Both the position numbers and the translations under genes were made by a program. Positions 63,489 through 64,000 of a stretch of DNA of 64,000 bases are shown in pieces (the first letter of the stretch is position 1; every line of letters starts with the position of its first letter). The stretch is taken from the NCBI GenBank assembly GCA_963693365.1, contig CAVNZM010000008.1, positions 5,542,310 to 5,606,309 on the forward strand, given 5' to 3'. Under the pieces are notes generated by a model, which was given only the letters and a program-made list of their open reading frames with translations, was not told where the DNA came from and searched no databases. The stretch comes from Amoebidium appalachense. Taxonomy: Eukaryota; Protista; Ichthyosporea.

Positions 63489-64000
63489 GGAGGGGAGGAA
63501 GAAGGGGGGGGGGGGGGGGGAGGGGGGGGGGGGGAGGGTGAGTTGGCGGATGAGTGGGATGGGGTGGGAGGAGGGGGGGGGGGGGGGGGGTGGAGGAGTG
63601 GGGAATTTGGGAGGCAAAAAAGGATTGAATGCTGCTCATGGCCGGTCAAGGTTTTCCATGTTTTGTTTTTTTTTGTTTTTTTTTGTGTGTGTGTTTGTGT
63701 GTGTGAGAAAGGCCAGGGGGGGGGGGGGGGGGGGGGATGTCAGGGCTACCTGTGCTTGGGAGGGGACACCGGAGGAAGGGAGGGAGGGGAAAACGGGGGG
63801 GGGGGGGGGGGGGGGGGGGGGATTTCACTTAACACACGAGATTGCTGTATCTTTGATGTAATGATCATGTGGGTGTATGTGCACAATACACACTTCGTTG
63901 TGTTGGTGCACACGGAGTCGAATTGCACACGAACTTATATTCTATTGCATGACATGTTTTTTTTTTTTTCTTTTTTTTTTTTCTTTTTTTGTTTGTTTTT

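Noticed and set aside
61875-63650. Possible gene in the last 2 kb
   Set aside because: There is no recognisable motif and I could not build a consistent exon chain.

Overview
Eukaryotic genomic DNA, probably from a unicellular eukaryote, saturated with (CA/GT)n, (CT/GA)n and poly-C/G tracts. Most ORFs in the supplied track are microsatellite artefacts. Genes I can reconstruct are an RGS-domain gene (minus, ~1.1-4.1 kb), an intronless secreted Cys-module gene with one frameshift (9.5-10.4 kb), an intronless secreted bacterial-type reprolysin/M12-like Zn metalloprotease (15.3-17.7 kb), a 7-exon secreted PSI-like-repeat/mucin-like gene (22.1-30.0 kb) and a 13-coding-exon R3H-SUZ (R3HDM/encore-like) gene (42.1-54.5 kb). 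Conventional mobile DNA includes a LINE 3' end with TSD plus a 107-bp copy, a decayed hAT transposase and several MITE/foldback elements. The most unusual signal is a group of non-LTR-type reverse-transcriptase elements: two near-identical young copies, two diverged 3' fragments and several short sibling termini. Their RNA-sense 3' ends terminate in CCCC rather than poly(A), they join at C/G runs without ordinary TSDs, and they form Penelope-like partial tandem or stacked arrays.
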